A stretch of DNA of 64,000 bases from Eledone cirrhosa. Taxonomy: Eukaryota. Positions 27,562 through 40,417 of this stretch are shown here, piece by piece. The position numbers were made by a program, and so were the translations under genes. Position 1 is the first letter of the stretch. Every line of letters starts with the position of its first letter. The DNA is taken from assembly GCA_964016885.1 (NCBI GenBank), contig OZ024742.1, positions 74,090,001 to 74,154,000 of the forward strand. Direction: 5' to 3'. The notes under the pieces were generated by a model. The model had not been told where the DNA came from. It saw nothing but the letters and a program-made list of their open reading frames with translations, and searched no databases.

Positions 27562-28484
27562 CCATCGTCCCGTGTTCCCCCTTCTATCGGTAGGTTTACT
27601 TCTTTTTTTCCTTTTTTCTTTTCTTTCTCTCTCTCATGGCCTTTTGATAGATAAAAGGATATGGGCGCACTACGGATAGATGTATAGTTTATAATGCGCC
27701 GAAACATCCGTGACGCGTAGTAAACTATTGACGAAGGGAGACTGTCCATCTCTTGTTTGTGTCGCCTTACCTTCTGACACTATATTATATATATATATAT
27801 GCCTTATAATAGTGTGAATTTATCACATTTGCATATATTAGTATTTATATACGTCATATTATTCTTATATAGCTTTTATTTACTGAGATCTATGTAAACT
27901 GTACATATGTGTGTGTATGTGCGTATATGTGTGTGTACATAACCCTTTTGATAATAAACTACATGAAACCATTGTTTTGAAGAGTTTACATTCATCTTAA
28001 GTCTCTCCATCATAATTTATTGTAGGAACCTTTGTTAAGTCACGTTCCAACGAAAATCATAGACACTTATTCACCGCCACCCCCAAAGACTTTTCGTTAT
28101 CAACTTTTTCTATTACTTCATTCTGATATTCTTCCATTCCATTATTCATTTCTCTCATTTCATCGATCTGTAATAATCTACACGCTGATAGAAGGGAGGC
28201 GTAACCATTTCTCATTTCAGCTGGTTTATACTTTCCACCCGTTTTATTTACAAGAATCTTCATCTAACCTACTTCATTTATCACACACACGCGCACACAC
28301 ACCATATCACACACATACACACATATATCTATCTAATTTCTCACTGATGAAGGACTAGCGTTAAGACCCTCTTCCTGCTATTTCAAGCGTTAACCTAATA
28401 TATTCCTTCCATATACTGTACCTATTGTGTTGTTATTTCTGTTTACTTTTTACATACATACATACATACATGCGTACCCCCCCC

Positions 28485-28534
<50 letters not shown>

Positions 28535-28584
28535 ATGATATTAAATAAATGGAAACTATATTTATAAAACCATATTTATTCTAT

Positions 28585-28632
28585 TGTATATATTTCAAGG
28601 GTACCAAAACTTTGGTACGCTCTCATCAGATA
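28585..28632 (-). ncRNA. Hammerhead ribozyme motif (stem I imperfect)
   Basis: Minus strand: CTGATGA-gagcgtaccaa-agtt-ttggtaccctt-GAAA-tata-ta; deleted relative near 12965-12995. Confidence 0.55.
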
Positions 28633-28800
28633 AAATACAAAGTTTGTTTTATAAATATTGACATAACCAGGAAGAAGATCTTAACGGTTCAAGTTTTTTC
28701 TGGATAGTGATATTATACTCCAGAAAACCTATCGAGTGCTTCGAATCAGTTATAAACATATATATTTGTTGAATTACCAACAAATTAAATATCCCTTTTG

Positions 28801-28865
<65 letters not shown>

Positions 28866-28959
28866 GTCGTCGACTCGAATCTGAGCAAAATCACTTTCTT
28901 GTCGGAGTAATCAGCCTATGTAAGTTGTTTTTCTACCATAAAAACCCTTAGACAACTGC

Positions 28960-30505
28960 TGAGTTCAGACTTTGTCTTGAAGTTTTCATGACAGATGTAT
29001 CATGGAATTTTTACAGATACTCCTCCAACGGATGCTGTATACTAGTGAATTAGAGGAACATGGATTTTCAACTGAGTGGCACACGTCTACACCTTTAAAC
29101 ATGGAGGACAACAGTTCTCAATCGTGGCTAATGAAATTGCATGCAACTAAAGATCTTGCCTTGTGCTTCTGACATGTATTTTCTCGTGGTTGACAAAATG
29201 GTGCAGGTGAGATCATCCCTGGCTCCTCTACCTCATAGGAGATCAACAACCTTCGCCTTTCATGCATTTCACTTTATCATTTGACGTGCAATTGTTTTTT
29301 TTTTTCCAATTGCAGACACCAACTTGCCATACTCTACTATTCACCCGTAATGCTAATGATATTCAAGGAGGAATGTTGTCTTTTATGATTATGAAATCTC
29401 TTATGTGTTTGTGCTGGGAGTGCTTAGCAAAAGAATGGTCACTGTTTCTGAAGCCTGAAATCATCAAGCTGTATGAGGTGACTAACTCAGCATAGGTGAT
29501 ACCTAATGAGGCGAATCTCCATACTCAGATAACGTTTCCTTTCCAATTCTTCAGTGTCAGGTGTAAGAGAAGATTTCCAGCAGATGTTAAAATTATGCCT
29601 CAGACACCTCAGATGGAATCTTTCGAGGATCTGGATATGTTGTAGATATGGTGTCCATGTCTCAGACGCGTTTTGCAGTAATGTAATGACATATGCTTCA
29701 TAGATACATCAAAAACTCAATAGAAGTCTTAATGACTCCCAAGTCGTTATCAGTGTCTAGAGATCCATATTCAGAAACAGAGCTGCCAATATACACAAAC
29801 GAGTCAACATCATGCCTGGCTCCCTGAACAAATATATTTGGTTTCACATAAGGCTCTCTCGGGGCAGATAAAAACATCTTAGTTTTCTTCTGGCTCGTTG
29901 TAAGTCCAGCCATCAACATACAGCAGATCGTAAATTAGAGCCATAAGGGTTTTCAACTTCGCTTTGAGACGGTGCAAGTTAAATAATTTACCTGTTGCAC
30001 AACAGACAAAGGTACCTAACGCACAGTCTCGAAATGAATCGTAAATTACACTTACGAAAAATATTGAAAACAAAGTTAGTTCAGGTGAGTCTCCCTGCTT
30101 TTCCCCATTGTCAACAGGAATCGGTTTTGATTGTACAGCGTTAAAGTTGAGGTAGGTCTTCATACCAGTGTAAAGTTGGACAAATGTAGGCGAGCATCTA
30201 AATTTCTATAGGATTCTCCACTGTATTTCTGTTCAACATATTAAAGGCTTTTGTTAGATAAAAAAAATACTTGTGAACAGCAACCGGTCACAATAAATGT
30301 GAACAGCAACCGGTCACGATAAATGATCACCTTTTGAAGCTGGACATTTTGAGGACACCTTTTCTAGTATCTTTCCGGTAACTTTAGGAAGCAGTGCTGT
30401 CCTTAAATATGACTGTTCAGAGACAGATGATTCCATCCAATACTTTTCTCTGCCTGGATCGAAGATGTTAAGATAAATCCCTGCTGTCTAACATATATTT
30501 TTGTG
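28960..30505 (-). mobile_element. RTE/BovB-type LINE RT region, heavily decayed
   Basis: NGEKQGD..TLFSIFF, GKLFNLHRLKAK..DLLYVD and VDSFVYIGS motifs. Confidence 0.85.
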
Positions 30506-30665
30506 GCTATACACTTACAGCGTACCCATCATCAAGGACTTTGAAAAAACCAACAAGGATAAAACTGTATATATATATATATATATATATATGAGCGGAA
30601 CAAGCAAACATTAAACAATCTTTTAAATAAATTAAAATACAATTTAAATATTTACCTCTTCTAGT

Positions 30666-30745
30666 GCCATGACCGACGGTTTCGCTTATCAAAAGATTGG
30701 AAATTCAGAGAATTTCCAATGGAAAGATATAGCTCTTCAGATAGC
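30666..30745 (-). ncRNA. Type I hammerhead ribozyme with extended stem II
   Basis: Minus strand: gctat-CTGAAGA-gctatatc..attggaaattc-tct-gaatttccaat..gataagc-GAAA-ccg-t-cgg-TC-atggc; GUC site; stem I gctat/atggc. Confidence 0.8.
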
Positions 30746-30925
30746 TTTTCCAAATCTACTAGACATAAGTCCGTATAGATGTAGATATATCACCCTCTGC
30801 CCAGTGCATGAATCAAGACGTTAAAATGACCCACACACTTATTGGACCGTTAGAAAAAGCGGGAATTATAGACTCGCTAATTATAGACTTCCTGGGTACC
30901 TAGTACCTACTGGGATATCTATATC

Positions 30926-30967
<42 letters not shown>

Positions 30968-32129
30968 TTAATAAAAGAACAAAGAATCAGTGTTGCAGCA
31001 AATACATATTTATTACATATTACATATGTTTCACTGTCGATCAGCTCGAGGAACGATCTATTAATGATTGAACCTGACTCTGGTAACATCTATATTTATA
31101 TATATATATATTGGTGGGGTTGGGGGGAGGGCGTATAGCATAATCAAATATTGCAGTGTTAAGTAGTGTTAATTACAAGAGGTATGATGTTCTGTGGTAT
31201 TTGAAAGTATTTGTATATTGTAGATATTTTAGTGATAAGCACTTGTACATCGGGAACAACACTCTGTAAATATTAGCTACCACAGCTCAGTGACAAGAAA
31301 ACATGAAGATGACTGGTGGAAGCACCAATAGATTTCAGTCTCCTAGCTAGATATTCTGACTAGAACTAAAGGCCCATCACTCCAAGTGATCTTAATCAAT
31401 GCTCGGTTACGAGATCGAGTACTTCTATATACTCGTACTGGATGGTAGACTCCGTTGACCCATTGCGGGTTTCTTTTTTTTTCTTGCTGGGTTTCTAGCA
31501 ACTCATCCTCACTAGACAAGTCTAGTGAGGATGCCTGTTTAGTCATCGACGATCTGACCATACATCAAGTTGTACAACACACATACACACACACACATAC
31601 ACACATACACACACACACACATACACACACACACACACACATATATATATATCGAAATTTAGTCGCCACCATGCAGATAACTATAATAATAGTTGATATC
31701 TATAAATAATATGTAAATAAATGGGGTAAAATACCGTCGGAAAAAGAAAAACGTGAATAGAGATGACTATGAGGACTCGAACAACGCACATCTCGGTTGC
31801 CCGGCGAACACGTTTATCCAGTATGCCAAAACGCCAATTTAAACAAATAATAGTATTTTTTAGAAGATTTAAGCGTGTAACAAGAAATACAAACAAGATT
31901 TGTTGATTTACGAAGCATTCGGAAATTTAGACACTTATTATGCAACAGTCTTTATTACCACTACCGGATTATAACCATCAGTCCAAAACACACACACACA
32001 CACCGCGCGCGCGCGCGCATATGTTTGTTATAGTTCAATTCATTTATTTATTGTTTACAACTCTGTCTTTGCTTTCTCATGGCTTGTTCATTTTTTAAAA
32101 ATTTGGATAAGTGCCAACGTGTTCCTTGT

Positions 32130-32985
32130 GAACAGTCAGGACAAGCTTACCCCCTCTTTGATGTGACGTCACATATCACTGAAAGTCGAGGTGACTACTA
32201 CACTCGCCGATGTCCACAGGTGTGGTATAGTGGATAGCTAATCAGACCTCTCCGTTCCAGGGAGGCTAATCTCCGCTGAAGACCTGATTCCAGCCACTTA
32301 CGTAATGTTTATTTAACATTACCTAATTTCTGCGCACGATAGTTCCATTCGGACTACCGCTAGTAAATCGGAATCACAGAAACTAATGTATTGGTCCGGA
32401 GCCAATTAAAACTTGAAATATCAAAACTTTGCTCTATCTAAAAGAAAATGACAACCAATTTGAAAGATGAACAATCCTCGTGGCTCAAGAACTGGCTAGA
32501 ACTGGGTGAGACAAAACTTCCAGAAGAAAATAAAATTGAAGAATCCTGTTAAAGGAAAGGAAGAAGGCTAACATCACTCTCTTGAAGTTGGTTTTGCTGT
32601 GAAGACAAGGCTGGTTAAGGACTATCATCCGAACTCGCCAACAGCCATAATTCTTCGTTTCTCACTCTCCTGAGACAGCTTCGTCACTTTAATCTCCACC
32701 TATGCAACTATTCTTGATGGCGATGAAGATGTTAAGTAGCAGGAAAACGGTCCTCACCAAAGTACCACATAAAGACAAGCTGATCTTGCTTGGTGATTCT
32801 AATGCCAGGTTTAGAAAGAAATATTATTGTAAAAAAACGTCATGGGAAAACTAGGTATCGGAAATTTCCATGCAAACGGCCAGTTACTACTTGGACACTT
32901 CACAGGGGATGAACTTTTCATTATCAACACTTAGTCCGGCTCCAAAACCGCTTTAAAACTATACTATTACTCAATAAGGTGTTCC
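32130..32985 (+). mobile_element. RTE-type LINE 5' end / endonuclease remnant
   Basis: ISTYA.., DKLILLGDSNAR and GNFHANG motifs with frameshifts. Confidence 0.7.
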
Positions 32986-33134
32986 GGCCGGTAGGCTGAG
33001 GACATATTAGGACATTTTGTTCGTTTCGTTTCGTTGCGAAAAAATGTATTTTTCTATCTTTATATATTTCTTCATATACACCTCTATTATGTTTAATGGC
33101 TGTTTTAGTGTTACCGCCAATTATGTATATATGT

Positions 33135-33335
33135 GAGAAAAACCACAGACCCTCCATCTCAACTCTACTTTTGAAAAGCAGAAGAACTGCGAAACCGGTA
33201 AAGGAACCAAATAAATATATATATTTAAAAAAAAAATAAGACTCCAGTTGCATTTTCGATTTCATCTCTTTTTCTTTATACTTTCACTCGTGTAGGACAC
33301 CTCGGTTATTTTTCAATTTGTAAAAAAAACGTCAC

Positions 33336-33342
<7 letters not shown>
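33135..33342 (+). mobile_element. Short TA-flanked repeat carrying an HHR 3' half; also at 47903-48212
   Basis: ctgc-GAAA-ccgg-ta at 33187-33200; near identity to 48015-48212. Confidence 0.7.
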
Positions 33343-33377
<35 letters not shown>

Positions 33378-33412
33378 GGATATATATATATGTGCTTATA
33401 TATATACATATA

Positions 33413-34132
33413 TTTAAAGCGATGAAATGCCTATGATGGTTGGAAGATCACTGATGAAGGACAAACTTTTTCATATGTAACCCTTTACAACGCCGCAGCT
33501 CCATTATTATCATATTTACACATATATTTTTTCCTCTGCTGCTACCCGTCTGTTTCGTTCTTTGTATCTTTACCCTTTCTAGCAGTCTCTCTCTCTGTTA
33601 GCCTCTTCCTCACCCTTCACTCACTCATTCTCTGTCACTACCTCTCCTCCTCCTCTTTCTTCCCGTTTGACCTGTGTGTGATTCTTTTCTCTCGCACGCT
33701 GGCCAAGCTGGTATGAATTTTTTTTCTCTCTCTCGTCTACGATTTCACAGAACTTATGTTTACCGAATTCGCAGACCAGACCCCTTCTTCCCCCCGTTAG
33801 ACCTGTGCGAAATTCCTTCCTTGCTCACATTTCAACCAGGTTTGATGGTCTTTATTCTCTCGTTCACGATTTCACCGAATTTAAATTCATAGAAATCTGG
33901 GACTTGTCTCTTTCTTCATCACTTTCTGTTGCTTAAACCATTTTGTTTGTTTACCCTCGCGTCCCCTTTATTTACGTGTCCCAACGACCTTTTTTAGCCG
34001 TTGCTCGCACCAACCGGAGGTATATGGTCTTTAAAGCGATGAAATGCCTATGATGGTTGGAAGATCACTGATGAAGGACAAACTTTTTCATATGTAACCC
34101 ATTTGCAACGCCGCAGCTCCCTTATTATCATA
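33413..34132 (+). mobile_element. ~617-bp monomer with ~100-bp terminal redundancy (pLTR/retrozyme-like)
   Basis: tttaaagcgatgaaatgcc..ctgatgaaggac..ttattatcatat at both 33413 and 34030; flanked by (TA)n. Confidence 0.75.
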
Positions 34133-34363
34133 TATATATATATATATATATAAGCTATAAGCACACATACATACATGTGTGTGTGTATATACGACGGCTA
34201 TTTCTGGACTGAATAGTCCAGAAATAGCCGTCGAAACGGCTTGAGCTCTGCCGTCGGGGTCAAAGATTTTCCTATTACCCACTCTACTACCCTAAGTATT
34301 GAGTACTCTGGTGCGTTATGGTCCATCTGGTTCCTTACCACACCTCCTTCGCTATATATATAT

Positions 34364-34496
34364 ATTTATTAAAATAACAGATTAAAGTTTAAGCAAAGAA
34401 TCGCTGCTTTCACCCTTAACGGGAGTTTCAGAAGATCCCGTTAAGGGTGAAAGCAGCGATTCTTTGCTTAAACTTTAATCTGTTATTTTAATAAAT
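34364..34496. repeat. ~61-bp-arm palindrome centred on an HHR-like motif
   Basis: Arms 34364-34424 and 34436-34496; loop plus right arm read cAGAAGA-t-ccc-gttaa-ggg-t-GAAA-gcagc. Confidence 0.85.
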
Positions 34497-34837
34497 GTTT
34501 GCTCTACGGTTCTTATATATTTGATATATATTTATCCTTATCGAGCCCTCTTTGGATTTTAGTCTTCAAATTTATTATATTACTATATATATATATATAT
34601 ATATATATATGAATAAAGTTAATATGTCTAAGGGTACTAGGTACCCCCAGAAATACATAGCTTGTCTATGATTCAAGGTGGTTCGATGGTATTAATTTGA
34701 TATACCAGAACTTAATATCAAGATAAGCAGAACAAGTAAAATTCAACCAATTTTTCAAAATAAATCAAAATTAATTTAAAATCAAAATTAATCAAAATTA
34801 AAAAAATATAATATAAATATTTACCTATTCAGATGGA

Positions 34838-34913
34838 CCTTACTGTACAGTTTCACTTTGAAAAACATTAGATATCGTATGGATATTAATGGAAAAACAA
34901 AGATCATCAGAGA
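34838..34913 (-). ncRNA. Type I hammerhead ribozyme motif
   Basis: Minus strand: tct-CTGATGA-t-ctttg..cattaatatc..gatatctaatg..caaag-t-GAAA-ctgtacag-TA-agg. Confidence 0.75.
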
Positions 34914-35404
34914 AGCATTTTCCTTTCCTAGGGTTAAAAACCCAGGAACGATAAAATATATGACCTCTTCGCCAGCTAACACAGGCCTTAAAGGTCGTAA
35001 AAGTTACCCGTATGTACGCCGGACGGAAGTGAAGGCGGGAAACCATAGACTTGTTGTCTATAGTTGCTACTAAAAGAGAGGAAGGACAAGGAAGCCTAAA
35101 AATATATATAAATAAATAATAAAAAGATGGAGCATGTTAGCAGGTTTTAGATGGGTGTACCTAGTACCCTTAGACATATTAACTTTATTCATTATTCTCC
35201 GTTATGTAGAGAACAAATCTGTTGTTCTATTTAGCTTCTATTTTTTTAGTAGCAACTATAGACAACAAGTCTATGGTTTCCCACCTTCACTTCAGTCCGG
35301 CGTACATACGGGTCACTTTTACGACCTTTCAGGCCTGTGTTAGCTGGCGAAGAGGTCATATATTTTATCGTTCCTGGGTTTTTAACCCTAGGAAAGGAAA
35401 ATGC

Positions 35405-35482
35405 TTCTCTGATGATCTTTGTTTTTCCATTAATATCCATAGGATATCTAATGTTTTGCAGAGTGAAACTGTACAGTAAGGG
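35405..35482 (+). ncRNA. Type I hammerhead ribozyme motif
   Basis: ttct-CTGATGA-t-ctttg..cagag-t-GAAA-ctgtacag-TA-aggg; palindromic stem III, GUA site. Confidence 0.75.
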
Positions 35483-35580
35483 CCATCTGAATAGGTAAAT
35501 ATTTATATTATATTTTTTAATTTTGATTAATTTTGATTTATTTTGAAAAATTGGTTGAATTTTACTTGTTCTGCTTATCT

Positions 35581-35617
<37 letters not shown>

Positions 35618-36066
35618 TAAAAGGATGATTAACACGGATAAGCGATATGATAGGGTTTTGTTCCAAGCATTAACATATGTTTCATTGCATAATAAGCAAT
35701 TAATTAATTTCTTGAAACCGCTATCATCAATAGTTGATTGGCTATTGTGAAATTCGATTTTAACTGCAGTCACTAGGTGAATTATCAAAATACTGATCAT
35801 GGATTTAACCTCACTGCGGTTTTATACCAAATAACATAAGCATCAAAATGAAAAATAAAATAAACTGAGAGAAAATTACATAATTGAGGGGGTGGGGAGA
35901 TAGGAAGGACAAGGAAGCCTAAAAATATATATAAATAAATAATAAAAAAGATGGAGCATGTTAGCAGGTTTTAGATAGGTGTGGCTAGAAGCGGTCAGTG
36001 TCACTTACAGCTGATTGGTCAAGCGTTCTAGTTCATTTCGGCCAGTCATTGCATAGTACTGTATGT

Positions 36067-36104
<38 letters not shown>

Positions 36105-36159
36105 ATGGAAAAAATGAAAAAATGAAATTTCATTTCTCATATATATATATATATATACA

Positions 36160-36219
<60 letters not shown>

Positions 36220-36439
36220 GGGTCTTTGAAAAGGGTATGTCTTGCTAATAACTGTTTTTACGGAGGTACCTGGTCTTTCTACTACCTTAATATTGAGTTT
36301 ATGTTTATCTAGGGCCCTTCTAAATTTGTAAGCTAATTCACCTCTAGGGGTTGTATCGATGAACATTACACTCTGGTATTTATTGTTATCATACCATGAG
36401 TTTATTCTATTAGCCTTATTCCTAGTTCTTTCTATTCTA

Positions 36440-36844
36440 TTCCAAAGACCCCCCCCCCCCTGTATAGATAAGAAATGTATAACCTGTAAATTAAGCCCCC
36501 ATATTAACTGTAAAACTAGAAATGTAGTATATAGCATAAGATGTACTGAAGGACAATGTAGAGATAAAAATATAGTGTACATAGGTGAGACAGCTCGTAG
36601 CGTAGGGGAACGGATAAATGAACACTGGCGAGACCGTCAAGATAGTAAAGAATCATCTGTACTCTACCAACATGCTAAAATAGAACATAAGGGTAAATTA
36701 GAAAACATAGAAATAAAAATAGAATCTACACACAGAAAAGACGCAATGTTTAGACAAATCACAGAGGCAATAAACATAAAAGAATTACGACCAAAATTAA
36801 ATAGAAAACATGAGTGGAACAGCAACATCACAACTTACAATTAA
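36440..36844 (+). pseudogene. GIY-YIG endonuclease domain of a Penelope-like element (5'-truncated)
   Basis: CITC..CKTRNVVYSIRC..C..VYIGETARSVGERINEH..H..RQITEAINIK..PKLNRK, open to the stop codon. Confidence 0.9.
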
Positions 36845-37045
36845 GGACAAAATGAAAACACACACGCACATAGAACAAACAACCAACCTGTAACATATAA
36901 ATAAACAAATAAATAAATGAATATAAACACACACAGACACCCGGATGTGGCGCATGCGCAGACTGAGCGCACAACACACACACAGAAACAAGATGGCGTC
37001 GGACAGAACAAAGGAGAGGCACAAAAACAAAGAAAAGAACCCCCA

Positions 37046-37088
37046 GTCACTGAAGAGGTCACAGAATGTGTGACGAAAGAACTTTGAC
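37046..37088 (+). ncRNA. Minimal hammerhead ribozyme in the Penelope 3' pLTR
   Basis: gtca-CTGAAGA-g-gtcaca-gaatg-tgtgac-GAAA-gaac-tt-tgac, about 200 nt after the GIY-YIG stop. Confidence 0.75.
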
Positions 37089-37234
37089 AATATATAAACA
37101 ACCATCTGGTTGTGGAACCAACCAACCAACCGGAAATTTATAAATTCCTAAATTTATAAATTTATTATAATAAATTGAAGTGAAAGCAACTGGTGCGTGT
37201 GTTTCTTATTGGCAACATGACCCTCCCAAAGTAT

Positions 37235-37319
<85 letters not shown>

Positions 37320-37954
37320 TAAATTCAAAATAGGGTCGCACAGGACAAAAACAACGGAAAGACGGACAGTCCCATCCCCTAGTCAACCTCCGGAAACGAC
37401 AAGGGCCTCGTTGCATCAAGGCTGAAACTGCTCATTCCAGTGCACATTGGAACACAACAAAACAGATAGAGACAAATTATGCCTTTAGGCAAAACAACAC
37501 AAATATAAAATGCGCAGGGAGTAAAACATATAGAAAGAAGAGAAATAGTAAAACAGAGGAAAATAATAAGGACAGTAGTCCACCGTGCAGACAAAGAAGA
37601 ATGACATCGAGGTGTAGAAAAGGTAAGAAGGGAGAACAGAGGAAAACGGACCGGGTGGCGTGGTGTCTATTATAAAATGGTTAAAAAAAAAAGTCTTTAG
37701 AATATAAATTCAAGTCAACCTTCGGAAACCACCACGGTCTCTGTGCATCAAGGCCAATACTGCTCACATATATATATATACACTATAGTACAAGTTTGGT
37801 AGAAATGTCCAAGGGTAAGAGCACTCAGTCCATAGGACGAATTAAGTATAATTAGTTGCAACAGTGACAGATACGGGTACGAAAGTTCTGTTGAATTATA
37901 TAAAAGTTATACAACCCAACGAAACTTACGAACCTGTATCTGTCACTGTTGTAA

Positions 37955-38005
<51 letters not shown>

Positions 38006-38291
38006 TTATCCCCGGTTCAATCCGGGGTAACCACAGTAAGTAAGGTACTCAATACATAGTACAGAGTATAAATATTTAATATAGAAATGTCTTCTACAGG
38101 ACTAGAACTGTTTTATTCGGGCTTTCATGATGATTAATCCCGAATGAAACAGTTCTAGTCCTGTAGAAGCCGTTTCTAGATATCTCTCTCTCTCTCTATA
38201 TATATATATATACGTTTAAAGGGCTTTGCAAATTGAAGATCGCGACCGGTAATTCAGCCGCGGGGACCGTAGCAAAGAATGAACTGACTCG

Positions 38292-38326
<35 letters not shown>

Positions 38327-38598
38327 AGAACAAAATGTTGATTTAAAACTGCACTATCCAGCACTATCCACAAGTGTTTTTTAACCTTCATATCATGTCT
38401 TCCTGTTTTATCTGATGAAAACACAAATATTATTGCATGATGATATTTGTTTTTGAAATGCGCATAATAAAATACATGGAACTCTTTTAACCATCTTTTG
38501 TTCTTATATATTATGTATACTCCAGTCCTACAAACTGTAGAGTGCTTCTTATCCGATATCTGCATTGCTTTATTGTACTACAATAAAACTCACCTCCT

Positions 38599-38660
<62 letters not shown>

Positions 38661-38899
38661 ATATCAACAGAGTTAACGGTTATAATCAATACATCGGTCG
38701 GAAGATATACTATAGACACAAATACTTAACTATGTTCAATATATATATATTTTCCTTTTTTCCTTTTTATTTCATTCTATTTTATTATATCCTATCATTA
38801 GTATGATTTGACTGCTGTACTGAAACGATTGTAAGGTAATACATGTGTTAAGAAATCTATTCCATCAGCTGAATTTGAATCTGTTACATGTATACATAC

Positions 38900-38978
<79 letters not shown>

Positions 38979-39039
38979 AAACTTGGACGGCAACAGTACA
39001 AATAAGAGTTTATTAGGTTCACGCTTTTGTTGAGAGAGT

Positions 39040-39070
<31 letters not shown>

Positions 39071-39073
39071 GGG

Positions 39074-39103
39074 CGTTTCGGGCAGAAGCCCTTCATCAGG
39101 AGA
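39074..39103 (-). ncRNA. Hammerhead core whose 3' part is replaced by a C-run
   Basis: Minus strand: CTGATGA-a-gggc-ttct-gccc-GAAA-cg. Confidence 0.65.
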
Positions 39104-39743
39104 AAAGTGGATAGGAAGAGAGTTCCGAGGGTGTGTGGGGGAGTGGTGGAAAGACATTTACAAAAAGGGGGTGGGGGAGGAAAACCGATGGAAGGAGTAC
39201 AAATAAAAATAAAAATAAACATAAAAATAAACATAAAAATAAACAAGTGGTGGAAGGGTGTGAGGCGTGTAGGGGTGGCGGCAGGTGGAGTTGGGAAAGG
39301 GAGGTTGGGGGTGAAGGTGGTGTTTGTGTATGTGTGTAGGTGTATGTGTGCGTGTGTGTGCGTGTGTATGTGAATGCGAGAGTTGGGCGAAGAACGAGGT
39401 TCCATGTTCAGGAAAAGGTGTGTGCGAGGGGTGGGGTGTTAATCGGTGTGTGCGTGTGTGTGGATGGAGAGGGATGAGAGGGATGGGGGAGGGGGCGTGT
39501 GGATTCTGATGGCTGAGTGTGTATATGTGGAGGTACGCACGTGTGTGTTTGTGTTTATACGTGATGTGGATGTAGGTGGCGTGGTTCTAAAAAAATGTGA
39601 ATGTATGTTCGTGGGAAAGTTCCTAAGGTAGTGTCGTGGAGTGTGCGATGAGATGCTGGATAGTTTTCATGTTATGGAGTGGATAGCTGAAACGATGACC
39701 GGTGGTGTGGAATCCATATATATATATATATATATATATATAT

Positions 39744-40060
39744 GCTTTCACTGTATTTTTGACTAAAGAAATTTTTTTTTAGCCTGATAGTGGGGTTTAG
39801 AACCCTCAGAGAAATGGAAAAAGATGAGTATTGACGTACATGGGAGTCGAACCCACGGGTGATGTGTTGGTGTAATGGTAGCACAGTGGTCTGGATAACC
39901 AAAGATATGGGTTCGACTCCCATGTACGTCAATACTCATCTTTTTCCATTTCTCTGAGGGTTCTAAACCCCACTATCAGGCTAAAAAAATTTCTTTAGTC
40001 AAAAATACCGTGAAAGCTTATATTTCTAATTTCAAACTCGTTCACTGTTTCAAAACATAC
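39744..40060 (+). mobile_element. tRNA-headed short element with inverted partial duplicate, inside (TA)n
   Basis: 39744-39855 is the reverse complement of ~39908-40017; cloverleaf at 39861-39931. Confidence 0.75.
39861..39931 (+). tRNA. tRNA-like cloverleaf (SINE head or pseudo-tRNA; GGA in anticodon position)
   Basis: Acceptor gatgtgt/gtacgtc, D arm gtgt-aatggta-gcac, anticodon arm tggt-ctggata-acca, T arm atggg-ttcgact-cccat. Confidence 0.5.
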
Positions 40061-40061
40061 T

Positions 40062-40162
<101 letters not shown>

Positions 40163-40375
40163 GTGTGAGTGTGGAGAGAGAGAGAGAGAGTCTGCGGTGC
40201 TGAGAACGGTAAGATCATTAATCATGTGAATACTCGATACATGGGGAGATACAGAGTGGGTATAAAGGTATGTAAAATCTCGACGGCGATACCAAGCGGT
40301 TTCGGCTTGCGTGTCAAGGGTTGAAATGGTTGAATACACAAGCCGAAACCGCTAGGTGTCGCGGTCGAATTTTTC

Positions 40376-40417
<42 letters not shown>

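Larger units (their letters stand above)
34611..35585. mobile_element. Divergent inverted pair of a ~500-bp HHR-containing monomer inside (TA)n
   Basis: 34715-35074 is the reverse complement of ~35244-35585; 34611-34646 is the reverse complement of ~35157-35191. Confidence 0.85.
36217..37165 (+). mobile_element. Penelope-like element 3' fragment with 5' inversion
   Basis: Plus-strand GIY-YIG domain followed by an HHR; inverted linker piece SVMFIDTTPRGELA..IKVVERPG..TYPFQRPP on minus at 36217-36445. Confidence 0.9.
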
